A DNA stretch of 63,886 nucleotides, the filler included, from Acidimicrobiia bacterium (GTDB taxonomy: Bacteria > Actinomycetota > Acidimicrobiia > Spongiisociales > JAHEDJ01): the NCBI GenBank assembly GCA_029210695.1. It is 3 parts of 3 records of this genome, joined end to end, with 100 filler letters (N's around TTAATTAATTAA, not from the genome) between each part and the next. Parts side by side here need not be neighbours in the genome. Positions count along the whole stretch, not along the records: positions 23,728 to 47,079 come from JARGFH010000055.1; positions 47,180 to 63,886 come from JARGFH010000071.1; 1 more part is not named here. One strand, written 5' to 3'. Shown piece after piece: positions 38,493 through 48,771 of the stretch. Positions within the stretch are counted from its first letter, which is position 1. Each line of letters begins with the position of its first letter. Under the pieces are notes generated by a model. The model was not told the origin of the DNA. It saw nothing but the letters and a program-made list of their open reading frames with translations, and ran no database searches. Both the position numbers and the translations under genes were made by a program.

Positions 38493-39155
38493 ATTCAAGG
38501 CGCAGACTTCACCCTGCTCGACCAGGCGGGCCAAACGTGGGCGCTTTCCGAACACCTCGATACGGCCCGGGTGGTGGTCTTCCTCCGAGGCGACTGGTGA
38601 CCGTACTGCAACGGACAGCTGGTCAGCTTGTCCAATCGGTACGGGGAGATCACGAGCGCCGGTGGCCGGGTCGTAGTCGTCACGGTCGATTCACCTCCGC
38701 AGAACGCCGCCATGATCGAGAAGCTGCAATTGCCCTTCCCGATTCTCAGCGACCCCGATCGGTCGCTGGCGATCGAGCCGTACGGCGTTGCCGATCCTAA
38801 GGATCCGCGCGAAATCGCCCGACCATCGATCTTCATCGTGACGCCGAACCGGGAACTCGTCTTCGGCGAAGTGAGCGACGATTTCGCGGATCGGGCGGCT
38901 GAAGAGGGGGTGGTGGCCACACTTCAGGACCTGGGGTTGCCACCGACCACGCCTGAGATGATCCAGGCGGGGCCGGCAGAGCCCGGCCCGAGGGCCATGC
39001 CGCTGCATGCCATGGAGCCGTACTTCCGGGGAGCGAAATTCGCCGTGACGGCCATGAAGCTGCGCCATCCCGGGGTAGCGGAGGATGCCGCGATCTACAT
39101 CGCCCAGATGGACCGGTACATCGAGCTGGTAAAGGAGCTGAGGGGCAAAGAGTAA
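38493..39155 (+). CDS. Selenoprotein, peroxiredoxin-like (AhpC/TSA) redoxin, Sec at UGA 38598-38600; probable ATT start
   Basis: In frame: IQGADFTLLDQ..VVVFLRGDW-U-PYC-NGQL..LPFPILSDPD..ARPSIFIV; SECIS-like hairpin at 38613-38633; GGAGGAG RBS 5 nt before ATT. Confidence 0.85.
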
Positions 39156-39172
39156 GAGGGGCCTTCGGCCCC

Positions 39173-39240
39173 GGTTCTAGGTTCCACGTTTTAGGTTCTA
39201 CCGGGGTCATGGCTCAGGTCAAGACCTAGAACTCAGATCT
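39173..39240. repeat. Palindromic heptamer element, copy 3
   Basis: ggttcta ggttcca cgtttta ggttcta ... caagacc tagaact cagatct. Confidence 0.65.
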
Positions 39241-39267
39241 GCTGCTGCCTCGCTAGCCTCCCGCCGG

Positions 39268-40173
39268 ATGCGCGATCTCGGCCCGATCTTCATAGACACG
39301 CTGGTCCCGGTGTTCCTCATCGTCGGGGTCGGCTACTTTCTGGGTCCGCGCCTGGAGATCGATGCCAGGTCGCTGGCCCGGGCGGCCTACTACGTGCTGG
39401 CACCGGCCTTCATCTTTGAGATCCTCTCGAAGGCCGACCTCGAGGCGGATGTGGTGCTGCGGGTGGTCGGCACGCTCACGATCACAACACTGGTTGGAGG
39501 ACTCGCAGCTCTGGCAGTAGGTAGAGCACTAGGCCGGCCCGCCAAGGTGACTGCCGCTTTGATCCTCGTTGCGGTCTACGGGAATGTGGGCAACTTCGGC
39601 CTGCCGATCATCACCTTCGCTTTCGGAGAAGAGGCGCTTCCACTCGCCGGCATCGCCTTTCTCACCGTCAATGCGCTTGCCTTTTTCATCGGAGTCACCG
39701 CCGCAACCTGGCACCGGTTGAGCCCGCTCCGGGCCGTGGCAATGGGCCTGCGCACTCCGGCACTGCTCGTTGCCCTGCCGGCAGTGCTCGTCAACGTCGG
39801 TGACGTGGATCTGCCCCTGTTCGCCGACCGTTCGATCGGTCTGCTGGCCAACGCAATGATCCCCGTGATGCTCATGACGCTCGGTGTCCAACTGGCCGCC
39901 ATGGGTCGACCTCAGGTCAATCGAGATGTGATGCTCGGGTCGGGCCTTCGCCTTCTCCTGGCGCCGGCCGTGACAGCTTTGCTCGTGGCGGGGTTCGGAC
40001 TCGATGGGGCTGACGCCGGCGTGACCATTGTTCAGTCGGCGATGCCGGCCGCCGTGTTCACGTCGATCATCGCCATCGAGCACGACCTGGTTCCGGATCT
40101 GGTGACTACCACCGTGTTGTTCACCACCCTGGCCAGCGCGGTGACTCTCACCGTTTTGCTGCTCTTCGTCTGA
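39268..40173 (+). CDS. AEC family transporter
   Basis: NVGNFGLP, IPVMLMTLG, AMPAAV motifs; about 10 TM helices. Confidence 0.9.
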   Translation: MRDLGPIFIDTLVPVFLIVGVGYFLGPRLEIDARSLARAAYYVLAPAFIFEILSKADLEADVVLRVVGTLTITTLVGGLAALAVGRALGRPAKVTAALILVAVYGNVGNFGLPIITFAFGEEALPLAGIAFLTVNALAFFIGVTAATWHRLSPLRAVAMGLRTPALLVALPAVLVNVGDVDLPLFADRSIGLLANAMIPVMLMTLGVQLAAMGRPQVNRDVMLGSGLRLLLAPAVTALLVAGFGLDGADAGVTIVQSAMPAAVFTSIIAIEHDLVPDLVTTTVLFTTLASAVTLTVLLLFV

Positions 40174-40238
40174 CGGATCTCACGTGAGTCGATTACCTCC
40201 GGGGGTCTGAGGGGCGCCCCACGGGTTGCCCTCCTAGG

Positions 40239-41456
40239 ATGCAGGTCATGACTTTCTCGATTTCGTCCTCATTGTCCGATCTGCTGCGCACGGCCCGGGA
40301 GTTCATCGATCAGGAGGTCATTCCGCTCGAAGAGGCCTTCCTCACGGGCACACCCGAAGACCTCGCTCCCGGGATTGCGAAGGCGCGAGCCAAGGCAGAG
40401 GCGATGGGAATGTGGGCGCCCGCCCTGCCGGAAGAGGTCGGTGGTGCCGGAATGTCGCTCGTCGAGTTTGCCCATCTCAGCGAGGAGCTGGGCCGCACTC
40501 CTCTCGGCCATTACGCCTGCAACGCACAGGCTCCCGACGTCGGCAATATGGAGCTTCTGCTCGGGTACGGCAGCGATGCCCAGAAGGAACAGTGGCTCGA
40601 GCCGCTGGTGGCCGGACGGATCCGGAGTGCTTTCTCGATGACGGAGCCCGGGCACGCCGGCTCGAACCCCACCTGGATGTCCACGACGGCCGTCCGGGAC
40701 GGCGATGAGTACATCATCAACGGCGATAAGTGGTTCTCTAGCAGCGCCGACGGCGCGGCATTCACCGTCGTGATGGCGGTAACCAATCCGGACGCCGAGC
40801 GCTACCGGCGGGCGAGCATGATCATCGTCCCGACCGAAAACCCCGGTTTCAAACGGGTCAGGAATACACCAGTGATGGGCGACGTCGGGCACGGCTGGTC
40901 GAGCCACGCCGAGGTGTCGTTCAATGACTGCCGGGTCCCGATCTCGAACCGTATCGCCGGTGAAGGCGAAGGATTTGTTCTGGCCCAGGCACGGCTCGGC
41001 CCCGGTCGGATTCATCACACGATGCGGTGGATAGGGATCTGCGAGCGCGCCATCGAGTTGATGTCGCGTCATGCCATCGATCGAGAACTGGCGCCGGGAC
41101 GGCCGCTGGCAACGCGACAGGTCGTACAGCACTGGATCGCCGACAGCCGGGCAGAAACCAATGCCGCTCGCCTGCTGGTGCTCGACGCCGCCCACAAACT
41201 CGAAACGGTCGGAAACAAAGCCGCACGCACGGAGATCTCCACGATCAAGTTCTTCGTCGCCAATACCCTCCAACGCGTGGTCGATCGGGCCATCCAGGTG
41301 CATGGTGGCCTCGGTATGACCGACTACACGCCTCTGGCGTTCTGGTATCGCCACGAGCGGGCCGGACGGATCTACGACGGGGCCGACGAGGTACACCGCA
41401 ACGTGGTAGCGCGTGCCGAGTTTGCCAAATACGGCGACGTCGACCTCCGGGGCTGA
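40239..41456 (+). CDS. Acyl-CoA dehydrogenase family protein
   Basis: APDVGNME, SAFSMTEP, INGDKWFSS, RLGPGRIHH, RIYDGADEVH motifs. Confidence 0.93.
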   Translation: MQVMTFSISSSLSDLLRTAREFIDQEVIPLEEAFLTGTPEDLAPGIAKARAKAEAMGMWAPALPEEVGGAGMSLVEFAHLSEELGRTPLGHYACNAQAPDVGNMELLLGYGSDAQKEQWLEPLVAGRIRSAFSMTEPGHAGSNPTWMSTTAVRDGDEYIINGDKWFSSSADGAAFTVVMAVTNPDAERYRRASMIIVPTENPGFKRVRNTPVMGDVGHGWSSHAEVSFNDCRVPISNRIAGEGEGFVLAQARLGPGRIHHTMRWIGICERAIELMSRHAIDRELAPGRPLATRQVVQHWIADSRAETNAARLLVLDAAHKLETVGNKAARTEISTIKFFVANTLQRVVDRAIQVHGGLGMTDYTPLAFWYRHERAGRIYDGADEVHRNVVARAEFAKYGDVDLRG

Positions 41457-41542
41457 CCAGAGATCGCTGTCTATACCGGCGACCTTGCTCAGAAATCCCT
41501 AGCATCGACCGTAGCCGAGACGCAGACGAGAGGGAGTGCAGC

Positions 41543-42028
41543 ATGCATACAGGCAGATTGTTCGCTTTGACCGGGGTGATCATTGGCATCATCGGTCTTT
41601 TCCTGAAGGCGCTCACCACCGACGGTGAGAGCCTCTTGCCCGCCTTGAACCAGGCCGATCCGGGGTTCCCCGACGGCATCCCGACGATCTGGGGCGGTCT
41701 CGACACATGGGCCCAGATCGTGGTGGTGATCATCATTATCACTGTCGTCGCGCTGGCGTTCTACGGTGCCAGGGCTGCAGCCATGGATCGAACCTCTTCA
41801 TTGACCGTGGCTGTGCTCGGCGCAGCTCTGCTGGCCTATGCGGTAGTGAAGTTCCTCGAGGCAGGTGATGAGGCAGACACCCTTCAGGCCGGTTTCGCAC
41901 AAGCTGCCAGTGGGGGCATGATCCCCGAGGCATACACGGTCGGCACGGGGATCGGATTCTTCATCCTGATCGTCGGCACGGTATTGGTGGTTGCCGGAGG
42001 CCTGAGCGGGCTACGCAGCAGCGAGTAA
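41543..42028 (+). CDS. Hypothetical 4-TM membrane protein
   Basis: GAGGGAG RBS; four hydrophobic segments. Confidence 0.7.
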   Translation: MHTGRLFALTGVIIGIIGLFLKALTTDGESLLPALNQADPGFPDGIPTIWGGLDTWAQIVVVIIIITVVALAFYGARAAAMDRTSSLTVAVLGAALLAYAVVKFLEAGDEADTLQAGFAQAASGGMIPEAYTVGTGIGFFILIVGTVLVVAGGLSGLRSSE

Positions 42029-42049
42029 CTCAAAGCAACGGAGACTCAG

Positions 42050-42085
42050 GTTGCCGGCTCGTCGAAGAGCCGGCAACTTCGTTTT
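42050..42085 (+). terminator. Intrinsic terminator
   Basis: GTTGCCGGCTC / GAGCCGGCAAC stem followed by TTCGTTTT. Confidence 0.7.
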
Positions 42086-42171
42086 GGGGCCTCTGGTCGG
42101 CTCTGAACCGTACAGACCGTCACCTGGTCGACCCTCCCCATCCTTTGGGGAGACCATCGACGGCGAGTAGC

Positions 42172-42756
42172 TCAACCGACCTCGACGCCCGCTCCGTGAA
42201 GTGCTGCAACCATTCGCTCACCGTCTCCGCTGGTCAGTTCGACGGCAGCCGTGTAACCCAACGGCACCCTGGTACGGAACCCGGCTGCGGTGGCGTCGAG
42301 AGCCGTGGCGCCGACGCAGTAGTCGAGGGCGAGACCGACGACGACGGCCGACACAATATCGTTTTGATGGAGAAGTCCGGTGAGCTCCGTCGGTGTCTCG
42401 GTACCCGTTTCCGGGTCGCGCATCGTGAATCCCGAGTAGCCGTCCTCACCGTTCGCGCCCTTGCGGACGGTCGGTCCGGCCACGATGAGACGCGGGTGCA
42501 GTTCAGCTCCCCACGATTCACCGACGCAGTGCACCGGCCAGATCCCGCCGTCCTTCTGAAAATGGGGGGTTGAGGCGGGGTGCCAATCCTGGGTGTAGAC
42601 CACGTAGGCACCGGCGGCCGCCGCCCGGATGATCTCGTGGTTGATGGCACTCACGATCTCCTCTCCGCCGCTCACGAACAAGCTCCCGTCCGGATCGGCG
42701 AAATCGTTCTGCATGTCGACGACGATCAAGGCAGTGGTGGATTCAAACGTGTGCAT
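42172..42756 (-). CDS. pncA: Nicotinamidase
   Basis: VDMQNDF, QDWH, WPVHCV, KG..YSGF, GLALDYCV motifs. Confidence 0.92.
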   Translation of the reverse strand: MHTFESTTALIVVDMQNDFADPDGSLFVSGGEEIVSAINHEIIRAAAAGAYVVYTQDWHPASTPHFQKDGGIWPVHCVGESWGAELHPRLIVAGPTVRKGANGEDGYSGFTMRDPETGTETPTELTGLLHQNDIVSAVVVGLALDYCVGATALDATAAGFRTRVPLGYTAAVELTSGDGERMVAALHGAGVEVG

Positions 42757-42792
42757 GGTTCCAGCCTACGTTCAACGTGTACAGTGCGCCGC

Positions 42793-44322
<1,530 letters not shown>

Positions 44323-44373
44323 GCCGGGGACGGCCGGGTTCTCGATGTCTCATTCGGCGGCCCCGCCGGGGGG

Positions 44374-45171
44374 TTACAACCCGGCGGCGAGTGCGGCGAC
44401 CAGCGTTCCGGCTCCGCCCTCGACCGGCTCACCGTGCCCGAACAGCACCGTATCGAACGTGAGTCCGGCCAGCTTTCTGACCGTTTCGTTGGCTGTCACC
44501 ATGTCTGAGGAGAAGTCCGGATTGGCGCCGGTCACGCCGCCGGCCGCTCCGTTGAGGGCATCCCCGGCAACCAGCACCCCGCCGGCCGGGTCGAGGACCG
44601 AGATGTGTCCATCGGTGTGGCCGGGCGTGTGGATGATCTGCAGACCGAACACCTCGTCACCGTCGCCGACGGCAACGATCGGCCGGGACGTCGGGATCTG
44701 TGAGATGTCCGCTTCACCCGCATAGGACGTGGCGGAGGCCGCGGCCGTCAGAACCGCCTCGGCGCTGCCGATGTGATCGTTGTGGCGGTGGGTGAGAATC
44801 AGATGCTCGACGTCTTCCCAGCCGAGCCCGACGGCGGTGAGTCCATCTTCGATATCGGGTGCGCTCCCGGCGACACCGGTATCGACGATGGCGGCCGATC
44901 CGGCGCGAATCAGGATGTAGGCCGAGACGAAACCGAGGTTCACCCGCCGGTAACGGACGGCCTCTGTGGTGGGAGCATCCGGTGCCGTCGACGCGACGGG
45001 CAGTTGCGTCGTCGGCGGCTCAAGAGGTTGGTCTGTCGTCGTCGGGTCGCCGGTGGTGGCGGTCTCTCCGGAATCTGAACAGGCGCCGAGACCCAGTACT
45101 GCGATGGCGAGTGACGTCGTCCCGAACCGGCGAAGAAACACCCGGCGGGTGAGCGGTCGGATGGTGGGCAC
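44374..45171 (-). CDS. Tat-exported lipoprotein, MBL fold metallo-hydrolase
   Basis: TRRVFL Tat motif, LGAC lipobox, THRHNDH, HTPGHT, AGDA, GHG. Confidence 0.85.
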   Translation of the reverse strand: MPTIRPLTRRVFLRRFGTTSLAIAVLGLGACSDSGETATTGDPTTTDQPLEPPTTQLPVASTAPDAPTTEAVRYRRVNLGFVSAYILIRAGSAAIVDTGVAGSAPDIEDGLTAVGLGWEDVEHLILTHRHNDHIGSAEAVLTAAASATSYAGEADISQIPTSRPIVAVGDGDEVFGLQIIHTPGHTDGHISVLDPAGGVLVAGDALNGAAGGVTGANPDFSSDMVTANETVRKLAGLTFDTVLFGHGEPVEGGAGTLVAALAAGL

Positions 45172-45229
45172 GCGATCCCCTCTCGATGAGAGACCGAGCG
45201 TACCCGGCCGGGCCCGGTACGGGGTCCGC

Positions 45230-45748
45230 CTATCGCATCCAGATACGGAGGGCGGCTTCGAGTTCGTCCGGACTCTGGGATCCAACCAGGATGTCCCGCC
45301 CGTCGAGCATGGTCAGGTAGACGCCCCCGGTCCCCTTCGCCAGGTACGCTTTCACGCCCCTGGCATACCGCACCCCCCAGCCCCCGTAGTCGCGAATCGG
45401 CCGGAACGCTCGAACCTCCGCCGTCGCGATACGGTCAAAAGTGATCCGCTTCGTCCGCATCGGGGCAAACCTGATGTGGAGGGCGTCCGCGTGGACTTCG
45501 GTGATGAGCTTGAGCGAGGCAAAGAGCCAGATCAGTCCTAGGCCGAACACGACGAATGCGCCTCCCACGATCGCCAGTGCGCCGTCAGACATCGGTGTTT
45601 CCCCCCACGGCTCCCCGCCGATGAGTTGCACGTAGATGCCGACGGTGAAGGCGAGGATCGAAGAACCGGCCGCTAGGACCACGAGCAACGTGATCCAGCC
45701 GGGGAATCGCTGCTCTTCCTCGAAGTAGGATTCGGTGTGATCGGTCAT
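45230..45748 (-). CDS. Membrane protein with C-terminal PH-like domain (DUF6141-like)
   Basis: FEEEQRF N-terminus, 2 TM, YGGWGVR, ILVGSQ motifs. Confidence 0.7.
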   Translation of the reverse strand: MTDHTESYFEEEQRFPGWITLLVVLAAGSSILAFTVGIYVQLIGGEPWGETPMSDGALAIVGGAFVVFGLGLIWLFASLKLITEVHADALHIRFAPMRTKRITFDRIATAEVRAFRPIRDYGGWGVRYARGVKAYLAKGTGGVYLTMLDGRDILVGSQSPDELEAALRIWMR

Positions 45749-45922
45749 ATCACCAGCAACGTAGCCGGACGTCTCAGGTGATGCCCGTGAGTTCGTGACT
45801 GCCCGGGGTCCCTACCGGGATGGCAGCCGAAACGATCGTTTGCCGGCGACAATAGATTCCTAGTGCGGTGACCACTCTGAGTGACTATGGTGGGACCCAG
45901 GCAACAAAAAGGGAGGCTGGCC

Positions 45923-47002
45923 GTGGCGGGCACAGTTGCATTGAAACGCGAACGTCATCGCAGGCGGCGCCTGTGGACGCTGGCCATCATTCTCGGGCCT
46001 ATCACCGTGTGGATGTACTGGCGGATCTTCAGTGGGGAGAGGCCGTGGCCGGGAGTACCGGACCTCGGCCCGGACGCGGCCTTCTGGCTGCCCGGGATCA
46101 TGCTCGTGGTTCTGCTCGGGTTTGTCCTGCTCGCCCCCATGCTGGTGAACGCCCGATCCCCGCACATCACGTTCCGACCTGAGGAGATCGATGTTTCGTT
46201 CGCGGATGTGCACGGCGCCGACCGCCTGAAGACAGAGGTTCGGCACACCCTCGACGTACTCCTCGACTACAAGCGATTCCGCGATGAGATGGGGGGAAGC
46301 CCCAGACGCGGCATTCTCTTCGAAGGGCCGCCCGGTACCGGGAAGACCTATATGGCGAAAGCGATGGCGGCCGAAGCGGAAGTTCCGTTCCTCTTTGTGT
46401 CGGCTACCGCGTTCCAGAGCATGTGGTACGGCATGACGGCACGAAAGATCCGGAAGTTCTTCAAGGATCTCCGCAAGGCGGCCAGGGCCGAAGGTGGCGC
46501 CATCGGTTTCATCGAGGAGATCGATGCGATCGGGCTGAGTCGGTCCGGCGTGAGTTCCCCGGCATCGGGGGCCACCCACTCACTCACGGTGAACAAGACG
46601 GGGATCAGCCAGGAAACCGGCGGCATGGTCAATGAACTGCTGATCCAGATGCAGAGCTTCGACACTCCTCCCTTCTCGTCGAAGGTGAAGGGGGTCTTCA
46701 CGGGCTTCCTCAATCGTTACCTCGCGCCCGAGAACCAACTGAAAAAGGACGCGCCCGAATACACCAATATCCTGCTGATCGCCGCCACCAACCGGGCGGC
46801 AGCCCTCGACCCGGCCCTGATGCGACCCGGTCGATTCGATCGGATACTCCACTTCGATCTTCCGAGCCGCACCGCTCGCCTGGCCTTGATCGACTATTTC
46901 CTCGACAAGAAGTCACATGCTGCGGAACTCGACGATCGGGAAGCTCGCGATGACCTGGCCGCGGCGACACTCGGCTATACCCCGGCCTCTCTCGAGCGAC
47001 TA
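45923..47002 (+). pseudogene. FtsH-like membrane AAA ATPase, interrupted by an IS
   Basis: 2 TM, GPPGTGKT, FIEEID, AATNR..LDPALMRPGRFDR; reading runs into TGTCG at 47003 before any protease domain. Confidence 0.8.
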
Positions 47003-47079
47003 TGTCGCCACCGGGTGAATACTGACCCTTTATCACCGCTCGAATTTTGACCCCCTCCTGGTCGGGTCCACCACTGATA
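47003..47079. mobile_element. IS21-family-like terminal region, cut by the gap
   Basis: Starts TGT; repeats CACCGGGTGAATACTGACCC (47009-47028) and CACCGCTCGAATTTTGACCC (47034-47053). Confidence 0.75.
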
Positions 47080-47179
47080 NNNNNNNNNNNNNNNNNNNNN
47101 NNNNNNNNNNNNNNNNNNNNNNNTTAATTAATTAANNNNNNNNNNNNNNNNNNNNNNNNNNNNNNNNNNNNNNNNNNNN
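47080..47179. other. Artificial contig spacer
   Basis: 100 nt of N containing TTAATTAATTAA. Confidence 0.98.
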
Positions 47180-47318
47180 GTAGTAACCATCAGATTGGCA
47201 GAGCCCTCCTAATCAACCGGGAACCCCTACACCCCGCTCAATTCCGAAGCGCCCGTTATCTGATGCGAAAGTAACACCTCAGCGAAGACGCCACTTGCGG
47301 AGCCAGGAGGACTCGAAA

Positions 47319-47786
47319 ATGGGGTGGGTTTCGTTTCTCGAGGACATTTCTGACCGACTCACTGATGATCTCCACCGCTTCCGAGAGGCACTCGAAAACC
47401 CAAGTATCAGCAGCGCTGAGTCGCTTCAACGTTCCAGGGCTCTTCTCAGTGCCTGCGAAGCCGTTCTGGCCAATATCGAGAAACCCCTCGAACTTGCGAC
47501 TGATCCACTGTTCGACATGGCGTATGAGATCAGCGAACTTGACCGGGAGAAGGCGAAGCTTGAGAGCGACATCGCCGACATGTCGAAACGGCGGGATCGA
47601 ATCGCCGATGAGCTTGATTTGCTGAAAGCTGATCGGACAGCGCTCCGCCTTGAGAAACGACGGTTGGAATTGGAGAAGGCGGCAGAAGAGCGCGAATGGA
47701 ACGAGCGACTCGCCGTCAACCTCGAAGCCGCATACGAGCTCTATTCCCCGCCAGACCAGGAGACGACCTACGAACCCGACCGTTGA
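47319..47786 (+). CDS. Hypothetical coiled-coil protein at the edge of the defence island
   Basis: AGGAGG RBS before ATG 47319; heptad-rich E/K/R/L C-half. Confidence 0.7.
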   Translation: MGWVSFLEDISDRLTDDLHRFREALENPSISSAESLQRSRALLSACEAVLANIEKPLELATDPLFDMAYEISELDREKAKLESDIADMSKRRDRIADELDLLKADRTALRLEKRRLELEKAAEEREWNERLAVNLEAAYELYSPPDQETTYEPDR

Positions 47787-47838
47787 CCTGCTGGGTTGGG
47801 GTAGACGTAGGGGTGTGCTTCTACGGCAGACGTATTTC

Positions 47839-48771
47839 TCAGAGAATCGTCAACTGCTCGGCAACGTCGGGGACCACCGGCGGCCACTCGCGGAAGATGT
47901 CATCCACAGATTTCACCTCAATCGCTCCACGCTTGCCAAGGGCTTCGTTACCCGGCCCCTCCCCGTCACCTCGCCAAACAAACACCGGGCAAAGGCCCTT
48001 CTTGAGAGCCTCGTCGGCCCCCGCCCAGGTTCCGCCCGACTCCACGTCAGAGGCGACCACCAGCACGGCATCACTGAGGGCATAGATGATCTTGTTGCGG
48101 CCCATCGCCGAACCGGGGGAGAACGGCGCGTTGGGATGCTGGATGGTGGCGAGCGTCATATTCCCGGCCGAGACCTGCTCGCGAACTTCTGCCTCCCGCA
48201 AGCGCCGCTGGAGGGAATCGGCAACTACCCCTACGACCGTTCCACCACTGAGAGCAGCGGCCACCATCGCCAACTGATCGACTCCCCGGGCCGCACCCGA
48301 AACAACCGGCACGCCGTGCTCGGTGGCCAGCCGGGCGGCGCTCCTGGCCACTTCCGCTCCCGCCTCGGAAACATTGCGCGATCCGACGATTCCCAAACCG
48401 CCGGCTTCGAGCAGGTTGAGGTCGCCCGCCACGAAGATGACCGGCGGGCAGATGTTGCCCAGCCGACTGCGCAACCGATCGGGGAATCGTTCGCTCATGA
48501 CCGTCACGGCGTTGATACCCCGGTTCTCAAGGTCTTCAAGCTGCAGAGCCAGCCCGGTTCCGCGGTCCAACAAATCAGCGATCCGCGCCGTCATTTCGGT
48601 GTCGACCGATTCGGGGGGACTCCGATAGAAGAGGTCGGCCGGCGCCATCTCTGCGTCTCGCAGGGCCCATCCGAGCTTGTTCCACTCCGTTGGGGGAAGT
48701 GAGGGGGCGTCGCTGGCGGCCACGCGGGTGGTGAGCAGCAGTACGGCTTTGTCGTCTTCTGTGAGCATCAT
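47839..48771 (-). CDS. DprA/Smf-like protein (RqlI-like)
   Basis: GIVGSR, VSGAARGVD, AMGRNKIIYALS, SGGTWAGA motifs; ATGA overlap with the RecQ gene. Confidence 0.88.
   Translation of the reverse strand: MMLTEDDKAVLLLTTRVAASDAPSLPPTEWNKLGWALRDAEMAPADLFYRSPPESVDTEMTARIADLLDRGTGLALQLEDLENRGINAVTVMSERFPDRLRSRLGNICPPVIFVAGDLNLLEAGGLGIVGSRNVSEAGAEVARSAARLATEHGVPVVSGAARGVDQLAMVAAALSGGTVVGVVADSLQRRLREAEVREQVSAGNMTLATIQHPNAPFSPGSAMGRNKIIYALSDAVLVVASDVESGGTWAGADEALKKGLCPVFVWRGDGEGPGNEALGKRGAIEVKSVDDIFREWPPVVPDVAEQLTIL

Noticed and set aside
47221..47818. CCCCTAC and GTAGGGG flanking the coiled-coil gene as terminal inverted repeats
   Set aside because: The match is only about 7 bp and does not extend; expected by chance.
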